Virus record (IMG/VR): IMGVR_UViG_3300009183_000073
DNA from: an uncultured virus (IMG/VR IMGVR_UViG_3300009183_000073)
Lineage: Duplodnaviria > Heunggongvirae > Uroviricota > Caudoviricetes
Reading direction: 5' to 3' (one strand)
Length of the DNA stretch: 64,000 nt
Positions within the stretch are counted from its first letter, which is position 1; each line of letters opens with the position of its first letter. Positions 47,890-57,220 of the stretch are shown in pieces. The position numbers and the translations under genes are program-made. The notes under the pieces are model-generated. The model ran no database searches. It was given only the letters and a program-made list of their open reading frames with translations, and was not told the origin of the DNA.

Positions 47890-49518
47890 ATGGCTCTACT
47901 AGATTATTTTCCGAAACAGTTCAAACCTCATTCTCAACAGGTTGAGTTGTTAAACAAAATTGATGCAGCCTTTAATGAAGGCTATAATTTTGTTATATGT
48001 TGTGCTCCCACTGGAAGTGGGAAGTCTTTTCTTTCGAAAACTCTGGCAAATATATCCAGTGAAGTGTCCGCCAGATTTAAAGATTTGATTGACTCCAACA
48101 ATGCTTTCAAACTGGACAACTACGGAGACTTCATAAAGAAGGAAGATTGTCTTAATGAAAAAGCTTTCGGCGTTTTTGCGTTGACCATCACAAAAAGTTT
48201 ACAAGATCAGTATACAAACTTATTTGATGATTCCAGAGCACTAAAAGGAAAGTCAAATTATCTATGTAATGTAGATCCTAAGTATGATGTTGACGTTGCT
48301 CTATGTGTTTTTACTAGCGGAATGAAAGAAAAGTGTATCTTAAATTCTACATGTAATTATTATAATTCTCGTAGAGAGATGCTCACCAATAAATTTGGTG
48401 TTTTGAATTATAGCATGTATCTTTCTCTTCCAGAACATGTGAGGAGGAGGGAGTATATTATTTGTGATGAAGCTTCTGAGATTGAAGATGAATTGGTAAA
48501 AAGATTCAGCAGATTCCTACCATATAAATTATTGAAAAGGTTGGGGTATACTCCCAAGGATATTCCAACAGAGAATTATCAAAGATTTAAAATTTGGTTG
48601 GATAATTTAGTTTTAAAAATTGGTGATGAAGTAGATGATCTTAAAAAGGCTTTATCTAAAAAAAGAGGGAAAGCTGAGATGGATTCTGATATCCAAAGAT
48701 TTAAGCTATTTAATAATATGCTTAGGCAAATGCGTGGAACTTTAGATACATGGAAGGAATGTGAATATGTAGTCGAGAATAATATCGAAGGAGTTTCTTT
48801 AAAACCTCTTCGTGTTAATAATTTGGCAAAGCATATCTTCGATTTTGGTGATAAAAATCTTCTGATGTCTGCCACTATTATTGATCCAGACAATTTTGCC
48901 AAAACTTTAGGAATCAAAAAGTTCAAATATATTGAAGTAGACTCTACATTTGATCCGAAGAATTCTCCAATCTATGTAGCAACAACAAATAAATTAAATT
49001 ACAAAAATCTAAAGGAGAATCTTCCTAAGATCAAAAATGTAATTGAGAAGATTTGTTCCACTCACATAAATCAAAAGGGTATTATTCATACCCACACAAA
49101 TGAAATCACTCAATATCTGAGAGATCATCTGGGTGATGATCCTAGATTTTTGTTCCGTTTGGATGGTGCTGACAACGAAAAGATCTTGAGATCTCATATT
49201 GAATCTACAGAACCTACCATCTTAGTTAGTCCTTCGATGTCATATGGGGTAGACTTAAAGGAAGACCTTGCCAGATTTCAAGTCGTCGTTAAGGCTGCTT
49301 ATATGCCTCTACACGATGAACGCATTAAGCGTCTCTTCAAGGAAGATAACGACTGGTATTCTAACAAGATGCTGAATAATCTTATTCAAGCTTGTGGTAG
49401 AGGAGTCCGATCAAAGGAAGATAAGTGTATTACATACATATTAGACGGAGCTATATCGGATGCTGTAATTAGAAATGCTAAAAAACTACCCAAGTATTTC
49501 CTTTCTCGTTTTGTTTGA
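47890..49518 (+). CDS. DinG/Rad3-family helicase
   Basis: APTGSGKS, LQDQY, Cys cluster (LKGKSNYLC..C..C..C), DEA, LMSAT, GVDL, QACGRGVRS. Confidence 0.88.
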   Translation: MALLDYFPKQFKPHSQQVELLNKIDAAFNEGYNFVICCAPTGSGKSFLSKTLANISSEVSARFKDLIDSNNAFKLDNYGDFIKKEDCLNEKAFGVFALTITKSLQDQYTNLFDDSRALKGKSNYLCNVDPKYDVDVALCVFTSGMKEKCILNSTCNYYNSRREMLTNKFGVLNYSMYLSLPEHVRRREYIICDEASEIEDELVKRFSRFLPYKLLKRLGYTPKDIPTENYQRFKIWLDNLVLKIGDEVDDLKKALSKKRGKAEMDSDIQRFKLFNNMLRQMRGTLDTWKECEYVVENNIEGVSLKPLRVNNLAKHIFDFGDKNLLMSATIIDPDNFAKTLGIKKFKYIEVDSTFDPKNSPIYVATTNKLNYKNLKENLPKIKNVIEKICSTHINQKGIIHTHTNEITQYLRDHLGDDPRFLFRLDGADNEKILRSHIESTEPTILVSPSMSYGVDLKEDLARFQVVVKAAYMPLHDERIKRLFKEDNDWYSNKMLNNLIQACGRGVRSKEDKCITYILDGAISDAVIRNAKKLPKYFLSRFV

Positions 49519-49530
49519 TAAATAATATAA

Positions 49531-49950
49531 ATGTTTACCTTTAAAGAATTTTTCTTAGAATCAAAAATAGGAATTAATATAAATGATTCTGTTCAAGATT
49601 TTACTGGTCAAATTTTAAGAGGTGAAAAAACTATAGAAACTAGGGACGCTTTCTCTAAAAAGCCAGAGAAAGCGTCTCTTCATGCTTATGTAGGAAGAGA
49701 AATTGGTATTATAAGAACTGGAAAAGGTAAGGCTTTTTTAGTTGGGAAAGCTGTTATAGGAAAACCTATAGTTTATCATAATAGAGAAGAATTTGATAAA
49801 GATTATTCAAAACATTTAGTTTCGTCAGACAGCAAATTTTATATAAAACCAGAAAGAAACAAAATAGGATACCCTCTTATAAATGTAGTTCCATTAAAAC
49901 CTACTCAAGTAACTACAAAAGGAATAGTGAGTAGAAGTGTTGATTACTAA
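49531..49950 (+). CDS. ASCH-domain protein with capsid-targeting-like leader
   Basis: ILRGEKTIETR (ASCH GxKxxExR); N-terminus MFTFKEFFLE-S; TAAATA 6 nt before ATG. Confidence 0.75.
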   Translation: MFTFKEFFLESKIGININDSVQDFTGQILRGEKTIETRDAFSKKPEKASLHAYVGREIGIIRTGKGKAFLVGKAVIGKPIVYHNREEFDKDYSKHLVSSDSKFYIKPERNKIGYPLINVVPLKPTQVTTKGIVSRSVDY

Positions 49951-49959
49951 ATAATATTA

Positions 49960-51108
49960 ATGTTTGATAAAGCCTTTCATTTTGAAGTTCATGATCTACT
50001 GACGCAATTCATAGCTGCGATGGATGATGTTGTTATAGGCAGATACAATAAAAACAGAGAAAAGAAAGAGGAACTCAAAGTAAGATATGTTCATGCTCCA
50101 AAAGAAAGAGTTTTATTTGATATAATAAATAAAGCTCAGAATATTACGGTTCCAGTAATATCAGTTTCTATAACTTCATTACAAAGAGATGTAGGAAGAG
50201 TTTTCAATAAAATTGATGGGCTGTATGCTCCAGTAGGAAGAAACGAAAAAGGTACTAATACGGCTAGAATACCGATGCCCGTACCAGTTAATTTGTCGTT
50301 AGCTTTATCAATAATAACAAATTATCAAAGTGATATGGATCAAATTATTTCTAATTTCGTTCCGTATTCGAATCCTTATATAATTATATGTTGGAAAATT
50401 CCAGAGGAATTTGGCGTAGAATCTTTACAAGAAATTAGATCAGAAGTTTTATGGGATGGTAATATTTCTATGGATTATCCCATAGAAATGGAAGCTGGAA
50501 CTAAACCGAGATTTACTGCTACTACTAATTTTACTATTAAAGGATGGCTATTCCCAGCATCTGGAGATGATTATTATAAAAATATATATTTTGTTAAATC
50601 TAATTTCCGTACAACCAGCAAATTGAAATTAGATTATGATTCTCTTGCGAGTCTTTCTACAGAAGCTGCGGAATATGATTCTATCAATGGAGTATTAAAG
50701 GAAACTGAATTTGCTCCAATATCTGGATCTCCGTATATAACAAATTTATATATGCATACATCATCTGGGCCGATGGATGTAAATGGGAATAAAGCTATTA
50801 TAGGAAATAGCAGTCCTATAATAATATTAGGAAAGAATTTTAATTATACTACTCATGTATTATTAAGTAGTAATTTATCTACATTATATACTAATCATAG
50901 CACTTTTAATTTCAAATATTATCCAACTATAAATGGATTTGATTTGCCGACTACAAATTACAAAGTAATGAGTAAGAATGCTATTTATATAAATCTACCT
51001 TTTCTCAGCGGTGATAAAGTAAATGTAAATTTTGTAGTTGTTAATGATATAGGCTGGAAAGATACAAACTCTATAAATACAAATTTGATATATATTTCTG
51101 GAGTTTAA
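49960..51108 (+). CDS. gp15: Tail completion/sheath stabiliser (gp15-like) with C-terminal extension
   Basis: VRYVHAPKER, PVISV, PVPVNL, DMDQIISNFVPYSNP, FTIKGWLF. Confidence 0.8.
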   Translation: MFDKAFHFEVHDLLTQFIAAMDDVVIGRYNKNREKKEELKVRYVHAPKERVLFDIINKAQNITVPVISVSITSLQRDVGRVFNKIDGLYAPVGRNEKGTNTARIPMPVPVNLSLALSIITNYQSDMDQIISNFVPYSNPYIIICWKIPEEFGVESLQEIRSEVLWDGNISMDYPIEMEAGTKPRFTATTNFTIKGWLFPASGDDYYKNIYFVKSNFRTTSKLKLDYDSLASLSTEAAEYDSINGVLKETEFAPISGSPYITNLYMHTSSGPMDVNGNKAIIGNSSPIIILGKNFNYTTHVLLSSNLSTLYTNHSTFNFKYYPTINGFDLPTTNYKVMSKNAIYINLPFLSGDKVNVNFVVVNDIGWKDTNSINTNLIYISGV

Positions 51109-51123
51109 TCAATAAATAAAAAC

Positions 51124-52935
51124 ATGGCAGCTAATTTTGATAATGGTAACTCTTCTACGTTTGGTAGAGAATTGATGAATTATATTTCATCTAAACTACC
51201 TTATACTGGTTTTGATGTTGCAAAGTTAACAGATACTTTAAATCCGAAGTACAAATATTTCGAAGAGACTGGATTAAGAAGAGCGGAGTCTCTTTCTAAG
51301 CATTCCATATCTCAAAATTTTGATTACAACAATTCTTCGATAGGAAGCATTACATCTGACAAGAATTTTAGTCAAGTAATGTATGCTAATATCCAAAAGG
51401 ATAAAGCGGCAAGAGTTAGAGATTACCGAGTAATGGCAGCTTTTTCTGAAGTCGCTAACGCTTTAGATGAGATATGTGATGAATGTATTAATATTGATTC
51501 TTCTACAAATAATTGTTTAAATTTAAAATTTAAAAATATACAATTATCCACATATCAAACAGAAACAATTCAAAAAGAGTTTTCTAAATATGTAAGTCAT
51601 TTTGATTTCGAACATAAGGGTTGGTCTTACTTCAGACAGCTCTTAGTAGAAGGTGAAATTTTTTGGGAACATATCATTCATAAAGATTATGTGGATGAGG
51701 GTATTTTAGGAGTTGTTCAAGTTCCTTCGGAATTGATAGATCCAGTTTTCTCTAATGTACAGAACGTAATGGTGAAAGGTTTCCTATACAGGAAACCAAA
51801 ATTCGATCCTAACAATCCATTAAAACAGATCGGAGTAGATTTTGTTCCTATGGATAAAAATCAAATTACTTATGTAAATTCTGATGTTTGGAACGAGAGT
51901 AAAACAATGAGGTTGCCGTTTTTAGAAAATTGTCGCAGAGCTTATAGACAATTATCTATGGTAGAAGATTCTATTGTAATTTATCGACTTGCTCGTGCTC
52001 CAGAGCGTTTGGTGTTTAATGTCGATGTTGGTAATATGCCAGCCCCAAAAGCTGAAGCTTATTTAAGGAAATTAGTTACACAGTATTGGTCAACAAAAAC
52101 ATATGATCCAAACCAAGGTGGTATTGTACAAAAGTTTAATCCTCAATCTATTCTAGATAACTTTTGGTTTGCAAAGCGTGCTGGTTCTGAAGGAACTAAT
52201 GTTACACAATTAGCTGGTGCTGCAAATTTAGGAGAACTAGAAGATTTGATGTATTTCGTTAAGAAATTATATCAATCTTTAAAAGTTCCAACGACTCGTT
52301 TAGATCCACAAGATGCGTTTCGGGATGGTGCTGACATGCTTAGAGAAGAATTGAAGTTTGCTAGATTTATCATCAGAACTCAACAATTGTTTTCAAGTGG
52401 AATTAAAATGGGTTTCGTAACACACCTTCAAATGAAGGGTCTATGGAAAGAACTTGAATTAAAAGATGAATGTCTTCAAATAGAATTTAATGTTCCAACA
52501 AATTTCTATGAACTTAGAGAAAGTCAAAAATTAGAGTTGAAGGTTGCTAACTTCGGAAATCTTGCCTCAAACGAATCAATATCTCCAACTTTTGCACAAA
52601 AGAGATATTTGAATTGGTCTGATATAGATATCAAAGCTAATAGAGAATTTCTTAGAAAGGACAAGGAATTGAAATGGGAATTGATGCAGATAGAACAGAT
52701 GGGTCCTAATTGGAAGGAAATGGTTGCTCAACAAGCTGCTGGTGGAGCACCTCCAGAAGCTGGTGGAGGAGGTGGGGGTGGTGGAGGTATGCCTCCAGCC
52801 TTTACGGGGGGTCCAGCGGGACCAGAGCCTGGAGGGCCAGAAGAAGCTGGTGGAGCACCCCCAGAAGCGGGAGGCGCACCTACAGGACCCCCAGCGGGTG
52901 GATCACCGCTTCCAGCGGGAGCACCTCCAGCATAG
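51124..52935 (+). CDS. gp20: Portal protein
   Basis: YRVMA..EVANALDEI, EDSIVIYRLARAPERLVFNVDVGNMP..KAEAYL, REELKFARFI; Gly/Pro-rich C-terminal tail. Confidence 0.95.
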   Translation: MAANFDNGNSSTFGRELMNYISSKLPYTGFDVAKLTDTLNPKYKYFEETGLRRAESLSKHSISQNFDYNNSSIGSITSDKNFSQVMYANIQKDKAARVRDYRVMAAFSEVANALDEICDECINIDSSTNNCLNLKFKNIQLSTYQTETIQKEFSKYVSHFDFEHKGWSYFRQLLVEGEIFWEHIIHKDYVDEGILGVVQVPSELIDPVFSNVQNVMVKGFLYRKPKFDPNNPLKQIGVDFVPMDKNQITYVNSDVWNESKTMRLPFLENCRRAYRQLSMVEDSIVIYRLARAPERLVFNVDVGNMPAPKAEAYLRKLVTQYWSTKTYDPNQGGIVQKFNPQSILDNFWFAKRAGSEGTNVTQLAGAANLGELEDLMYFVKKLYQSLKVPTTRLDPQDAFRDGADMLREELKFARFIIRTQQLFSSGIKMGFVTHLQMKGLWKELELKDECLQIEFNVPTNFYELRESQKLELKVANFGNLASNESISPTFAQKRYLNWSDIDIKANREFLRKDKELKWELMQIEQMGPNWKEMVAQQAAGGAPPEAGGGGGGGGGMPPAFTGGPAGPEPGGPEEAGGAPPEAGGAPTGPPAGGSPLPAGAPPA

Positions 52936-52954
52936 ATAAAGACTAAATAATTAC

Positions 52955-54130
52955 ATGTCACAATGTGTAATTACACCAGTTAGTGCGTTCCAAAGCACAA
53001 ATTTAAATAGTAAAATAGATTGTTTTGGTAGATTAGCAGATCGTATAGTTCGATCTTTGGGAGCACCGTTGATTTCTATTGAAACACATCAAGATCAATT
53101 ATTCGAAAATATAGCTATAGCGTGTGAAATGTTTTCGAAGTATGCTGGGTATACTAGGGAATATCTAATATTGGATTCTGCTTTATATGAAAAAGGTAGA
53201 GGTATTAGATTAGATTATTTGTATACTCTTGCAAATTCTACTATCACACCTCAAAAGGCGATAAGGCATAATACCACTTCTACAGACACGGCACCATACA
53301 TGGTAAATCCAGATACCTTTTTTATATCTGTATCTTCCTTAAATAAAACATTCTTTACAGTAAACGCCGAACTATCTGGACTGTACACAGAAGGTTTGGA
53401 GAGGAATGTTATTTTAAATTACAGTACGTATAATAAATTAGTGACAGCTTTCGCTGCTGATCCTGTTTTAAATCTTATACCAATCTCTTCGTTCTTTATA
53501 TCTTCTTATAACGAACAAATAAGCATGAATGGAGAGGTAGATAGATCGCAAAATACAATCATATATAACAATATGTTTGACTACGATGCAATGGAATATC
53601 GCAAAGTCATAGCGGTTACAAATTTCGAAGAAGGTGCTACTACTGGTGTAAATACACTATTTACTATAGAACAAACTCTTGCACAGCAAACATACTTCAG
53701 TTATGCGATGGGTAATCATGGATTTGATCTTATTAGTTGGTATACAGTTAAAAATTGGTTAGAAACTAGAGAGAAGGTTTTAGCAACAAAAAGATCTTTT
53801 GAATTTAATGAAAGAACTCAGTATCTGAGAATATATCCCGAACCCACAGATTCGGTTAGATTTTATGGTGTGCTTGATTGTTACATAGAAAAACCAATTA
53901 GAGATCTAATAAAAGAAACTTGGGTATATCAATATGCATTAGCATTAACAAAAATTTCAGTTGGATATGTAAGAGGTAAATTTTCAAACGTGAATTTATT
54001 CGGTGGACAAGTATTTCTAGATAGTATTAAAGCTGATGGAATACAAGAAAGAGATAAACTCGAAGAACATTTATACACAAATGCTGCTGGACTTGGAGAT
54101 AGTTCTCCTTGCGAATTTTTAATAGGTTAA
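52955..54130 (+). CDS. gp13: Neck protein (gp13-like)
   Basis: RSLGAPLISIE..QL; C-terminal WVYQYALALTK..GYVRGKFSNVNLFGG...FLIG. Confidence 0.8.
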   Translation: MSQCVITPVSAFQSTNLNSKIDCFGRLADRIVRSLGAPLISIETHQDQLFENIAIACEMFSKYAGYTREYLILDSALYEKGRGIRLDYLYTLANSTITPQKAIRHNTTSTDTAPYMVNPDTFFISVSSLNKTFFTVNAELSGLYTEGLERNVILNYSTYNKLVTAFAADPVLNLIPISSFFISSYNEQISMNGEVDRSQNTIIYNNMFDYDAMEYRKVIAVTNFEEGATTGVNTLFTIEQTLAQQTYFSYAMGNHGFDLISWYTVKNWLETREKVLATKRSFEFNERTQYLRIYPEPTDSVRFYGVLDCYIEKPIRDLIKETWVYQYALALTKISVGYVRGKFSNVNLFGGQVFLDSIKADGIQERDKLEEHLYTNAAGLGDSSPCEFLIG

Positions 54131-54132
54131 TT

Positions 54133-54684
54133 ATGAAATACTTACAATATATGTTATGTTTGGTATTGTTAATTTCGGGCTGCACAACCACAGCCGTACA
54201 GCACACTATTTACCAACAGAAAATAGAACAAAAACGAGAAAAACTTACAGATGATGCCAAAGATTTTTTGGTGAAAGCAACACAGATGTTACAGGTAAAT
54301 TCTGGAACTATTGACATTAATAGAGTCAAATCGTTATTAGAAAAATCTCAATCTTTATTAGGAGTAGATTCTGATGATGGAAAAGAGTTAAAAGAATTAA
54401 ATGGGAAAGAATTAGATAAAGCAATTAATAAAATTATAGAAGAATCTGAAGAAGAAAAGGAAGCTATCGCTGATTTAAGAAAAAAAGATGAAGATACGAT
54501 AGCTAAAATGATAACCGATGATATTAAAGCACAAACTATAAAAGAATACGAAAGAGGCAAGACTTTTAAATTATATGCCATATGTGCCACTATACTTTCT
54601 ATATTAGGAGCTTTATTTTATTTCTTTCCTACTAAATTTTTAAGTATTGGAAGCAGTATAATATCTTTCTTCTTTAAAAAATAA
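54133..54684 (+). CDS. Lipoprotein with C-terminal transmembrane segment; candidate unimolecular spanin
   Basis: Likely ATG at 54133; MKYLQYMLCLVLLISG-C lipobox, helical middle, hydrophobic LYAICATILSILGALFYFF near the C-terminus. Confidence 0.55.
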   Translation: MKYLQYMLCLVLLISGCTTTAVQHTIYQQKIEQKREKLTDDAKDFLVKATQMLQVNSGTIDINRVKSLLEKSQSLLGVDSDDGKELKELNGKELDKAINKIIEESEEEKEAIADLRKKDEDTIAKMITDDIKAQTIKEYERGKTFKLYAICATILSILGALFYFFPTKFLSIGSSIISFFFKK

Positions 54685-54685
54685 T

Positions 54686-55138
54686 ATGCCACCAATTTTC
54701 AAAAAAGATGAAAGATATAAGCAAGGGATTTTCAAACCTATAAATCCTCAAAAATTTATAGGAAAAGTTGCTATTTTTAGATCTTCCTTTGAAAGGAAAT
54801 TTTTTTTATGGGCTGATAAAAATCCTAATGTTATTGAATGGGGATCGGAGAATATTATTGTTCCCTATAAAAGTCCTATAGACGAAAAGTATCATAGATA
54901 TTACGTGGATACTTATGTTGTAATAAAAGAAGGTAATAATATTAAGAGGTATTTGATAGAGATTAAACCTTTTGCTCAAACACAACCACCTAAACCTTCG
55001 AATAGAAAAAAGCAATCTACTATGCTTTACGAAAATGTACAGTGGGTTATTAATCAAGCAAAATGGGATGCCGCAAAAAAGTTCGCAGCATCCCGTAATG
55101 CAGAGTTTTTAATATTGACCGAAAAGGAATTATTTTAA
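54686..55138 (+). CDS. gp4: Head completion nuclease (gp4-like)
   Basis: QGIFKPINPQKF, FRSSFE, WGSE, HRYYVD, IEIKP, NQAKW. Confidence 0.9.
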   Translation: MPPIFKKDERYKQGIFKPINPQKFIGKVAIFRSSFERKFFLWADKNPNVIEWGSENIIVPYKSPIDEKYHRYYVDTYVVIKEGNNIKRYLIEIKPFAQTQPPKPSNRKKQSTMLYENVQWVINQAKWDAAKKFAASRNAEFLILTEKELF

Positions 55139-56148
55139 AATGATATTACTTTAATAAATTGATATGATTCTTTATTAACTTTAGGAGCTGGTTTTTTCTT
55201 AGGAGCTGGTTTCTTTTTAGATTCTGGTTTAACTTCTGGTTTCTTTTTAGGAGCTGATTTCTTTTTAATAATAGGAGATTTAGTTTTAGTAATTTTCTTA
55301 GGTTGTTGTTGTGTTCTTAGTCTTTCTTGATGTGCATCCCTGTCGGGGTCGGCCAATGTTTCCCCAGCAAGATTTTCTGGTGTTTCTCTTTCTGGTACAT
55401 GTGTATCAGAATCCATTTCATCTGGATTGAATCGTTCTTCTCCAGTGAATAACAAATGACTTATTTTCTTAATACGATCCCAATTCGGGCCTTGTAGTTC
55501 TCTAGTGTTTGTTACAAACACATGTTCGAAATCATCTCTTTGAGATTTACCACCAAATGTAACTTGTTGTAATACTTTTCTTTCTCCTCCTTGGAAAGTT
55601 CTGTTTACAAATTTTGTAATAAAGGAACGTACTGCATTTAATTCTGAATCATCATTTGGATTACCACCATAATTTTCTTGGTAGATAGAACCTAGTTTAT
55701 TAAACAAAACAATCATAAGTTTCCTCTCCTTTTCGGTTTCCACTAAATTTCTAGCCGCTTTGATAGCAGAAATTAAATCTGGTAGCCTGAAATTTGGAAC
55801 TACGAATGGACCAATGTCTGGATGTTCTGGAAATGGATTATATGCACTCTTTTGATTTATATTATCAGTTCTTAGATATTCCATTAAAGCAGATCTTGCT
55901 TCATCTCTTCCACCAAAATCATCAGCTACTAAATCTAGTATATTAATTAGATTTCCTTTACTGACATCAGATTCGATATTTCTATTAAATCTTGTATCTT
56001 TATGTCTTTGTTCTTCTTCTGGAGAAGTTACAGATACTCCTCTTTTATGAGCACCAGCAGCAGCTTTTAATCCATATTGACTCCGAGGCATATCTGCTTC
56101 TGCTAATATATTTAAATATTTTTCAAAAATTAAATTTTCGTCATTCAT
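55135..56148 (-). CDS. Hypothetical late protein with Lys/Pro-rich C-terminus, candidate internal head protein
   Basis: TAAATA 6 nt before ATG; LIFEKYLNILAE-A; KKPAPKKKPAPK tail. Confidence 0.65.
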   Translation of the reverse strand: MNDENLIFEKYLNILAEADMPRSQYGLKAAAGAHKRGVSVTSPEEEQRHKDTRFNRNIESDVSKGNLINILDLVADDFGGRDEARSALMEYLRTDNINQKSAYNPFPEHPDIGPFVVPNFRLPDLISAIKAARNLVETEKERKLMIVLFNKLGSIYQENYGGNPNDDSELNAVRSFITKFVNRTFQGGERKVLQQVTFGGKSQRDDFEHVFVTNTRELQGPNWDRIKKISHLLFTGEERFNPDEMDSDTHVPERETPENLAGETLADPDRDAHQERLRTQQQPKKITKTKSPIIKKKSAPKKKPEVKPESKKKPAPKKKPAPKVNKESYQFIKVISF

Positions 56149-56223
56149 TAACGAATATTTATCTTTTATTAATATTTTAAGATAAATATCTTAAAATATA
56201 AATAACTTAACCTAAATAATTTT

Positions 56224-56889
56224 ATGTCATTAAGATTGATCGTTGAAAAACCAGCTCCAGAAGAAGAATTCGAATATATTGTCGAAGAGAAGGATCGCAA
56301 CAGTCCTTCGTCTCTTTTTATTAAGGGGCCTTATATGATGGCTGAAAATTATAATAGAAACAATCGTCTATATCGTTTGGAAGAAATGGTTAACGAGGTA
56401 AGTCGTTATAAAACAGAAATGATCAAAACTAATCGTGCTTTAGGGACATTAAATCACGAAAGCAGTGCAGAAGTTAATTTGGATAGAGTATGTCATATAG
56501 TAACTGATCTTTATCAAGAAGGTAATGTTTTTCATGGTAAGAGTAAAGTGCTAACTACTCCTAGTGGACATATTGTAAGAGCACTTATTAACGATGGCGT
56601 AAAAGTTGGTATGAGTTCCAGAGCTTTAGGGCAACTTGTAGAAGCTTCTGGTGGTAAAAATATTGTTAAAGATTTTCGTTTAATATCAATTGATTGCGTT
56701 GCTGATCCTAGTTTTCCTAAAGCTTTCGTAAATGGTATCCTAGAATCTAAACAATGGGTATTAGGAGAGTCTGGTCAATTCGAAGAAGTATATGCTGATT
56801 TTGAAAATAGCATATCAAAACTACCAAAGGTTCAAGTAGAACAATATTTGAAAGAATGTATATTAAACTTCTTAAATAAAATTAAGTAA
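56224..56889 (+). CDS. gp21: Prohead protease
   Basis: NRNNRLY, ALGTLNH, GMSSRALG, DCVADPS. Confidence 0.93.
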   Translation: MSLRLIVEKPAPEEEFEYIVEEKDRNSPSSLFIKGPYMMAENYNRNNRLYRLEEMVNEVSRYKTEMIKTNRALGTLNHESSAEVNLDRVCHIVTDLYQEGNVFHGKSKVLTTPSGHIVRALINDGVKVGMSSRALGQLVEASGGKNIVKDFRLISIDCVADPSFPKAFVNGILESKQWVLGESGQFEEVYADFENSISKLPKVQVEQYLKECILNFLNKIK

Positions 56890-56905
56890 CACACTAAATA
56901 AAACT

Positions 56906-57193
56906 ATGGATCTTATAAAAGAAAACGCAATAAAGTTTATTGATGCCATGCTAGTAGATAACTATAGCAAAGCACACAAATTTTTAGAAGTCATTGTTAA
57001 TGAAAAGGTAAAAGAAAAAATCGCAAAAGCGATAAAGGATGAACACCCCTTCAAAAAGAAAAAGAAAAGTGATAAGAAAAAGAAGGATGATAAAAAGAAG
57101 GATTCTAAAAAGGATTCTAAAAAGGATTCTAAAAAAGGAAAATTTCCTTTCTTCTTAAAAAAAGGAAAGAAATTGGAAGAGAAAAGTAAATAA
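56906..57193 (+). CDS. Small prohead core-like protein with Lys/Asp-rich repeat tail
   Basis: Between gp21 and gp22; KKDS repeats (aaggattctaaa x3). Confidence 0.55.
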   Translation: MDLIKENAIKFIDAMLVDNYSKAHKFLEVIVNEKVKEKIAKAIKDEHPFKKKKKSDKKKKDDKKKDSKKDSKKDSKKGKFPFFLKKGKKLEEKSK

Positions 57194-57220
57194 TTTAACA
57201 CAGAAAGACTAACTATTATT

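Noticed and set aside
52710..52961. Three short ORFs and a GC-rich island at the portal 3' end
   Set aside because: Explained by Gly/Pro/Ala codons of the portal tail, which leave other frames free of stops; not a foreign insertion.
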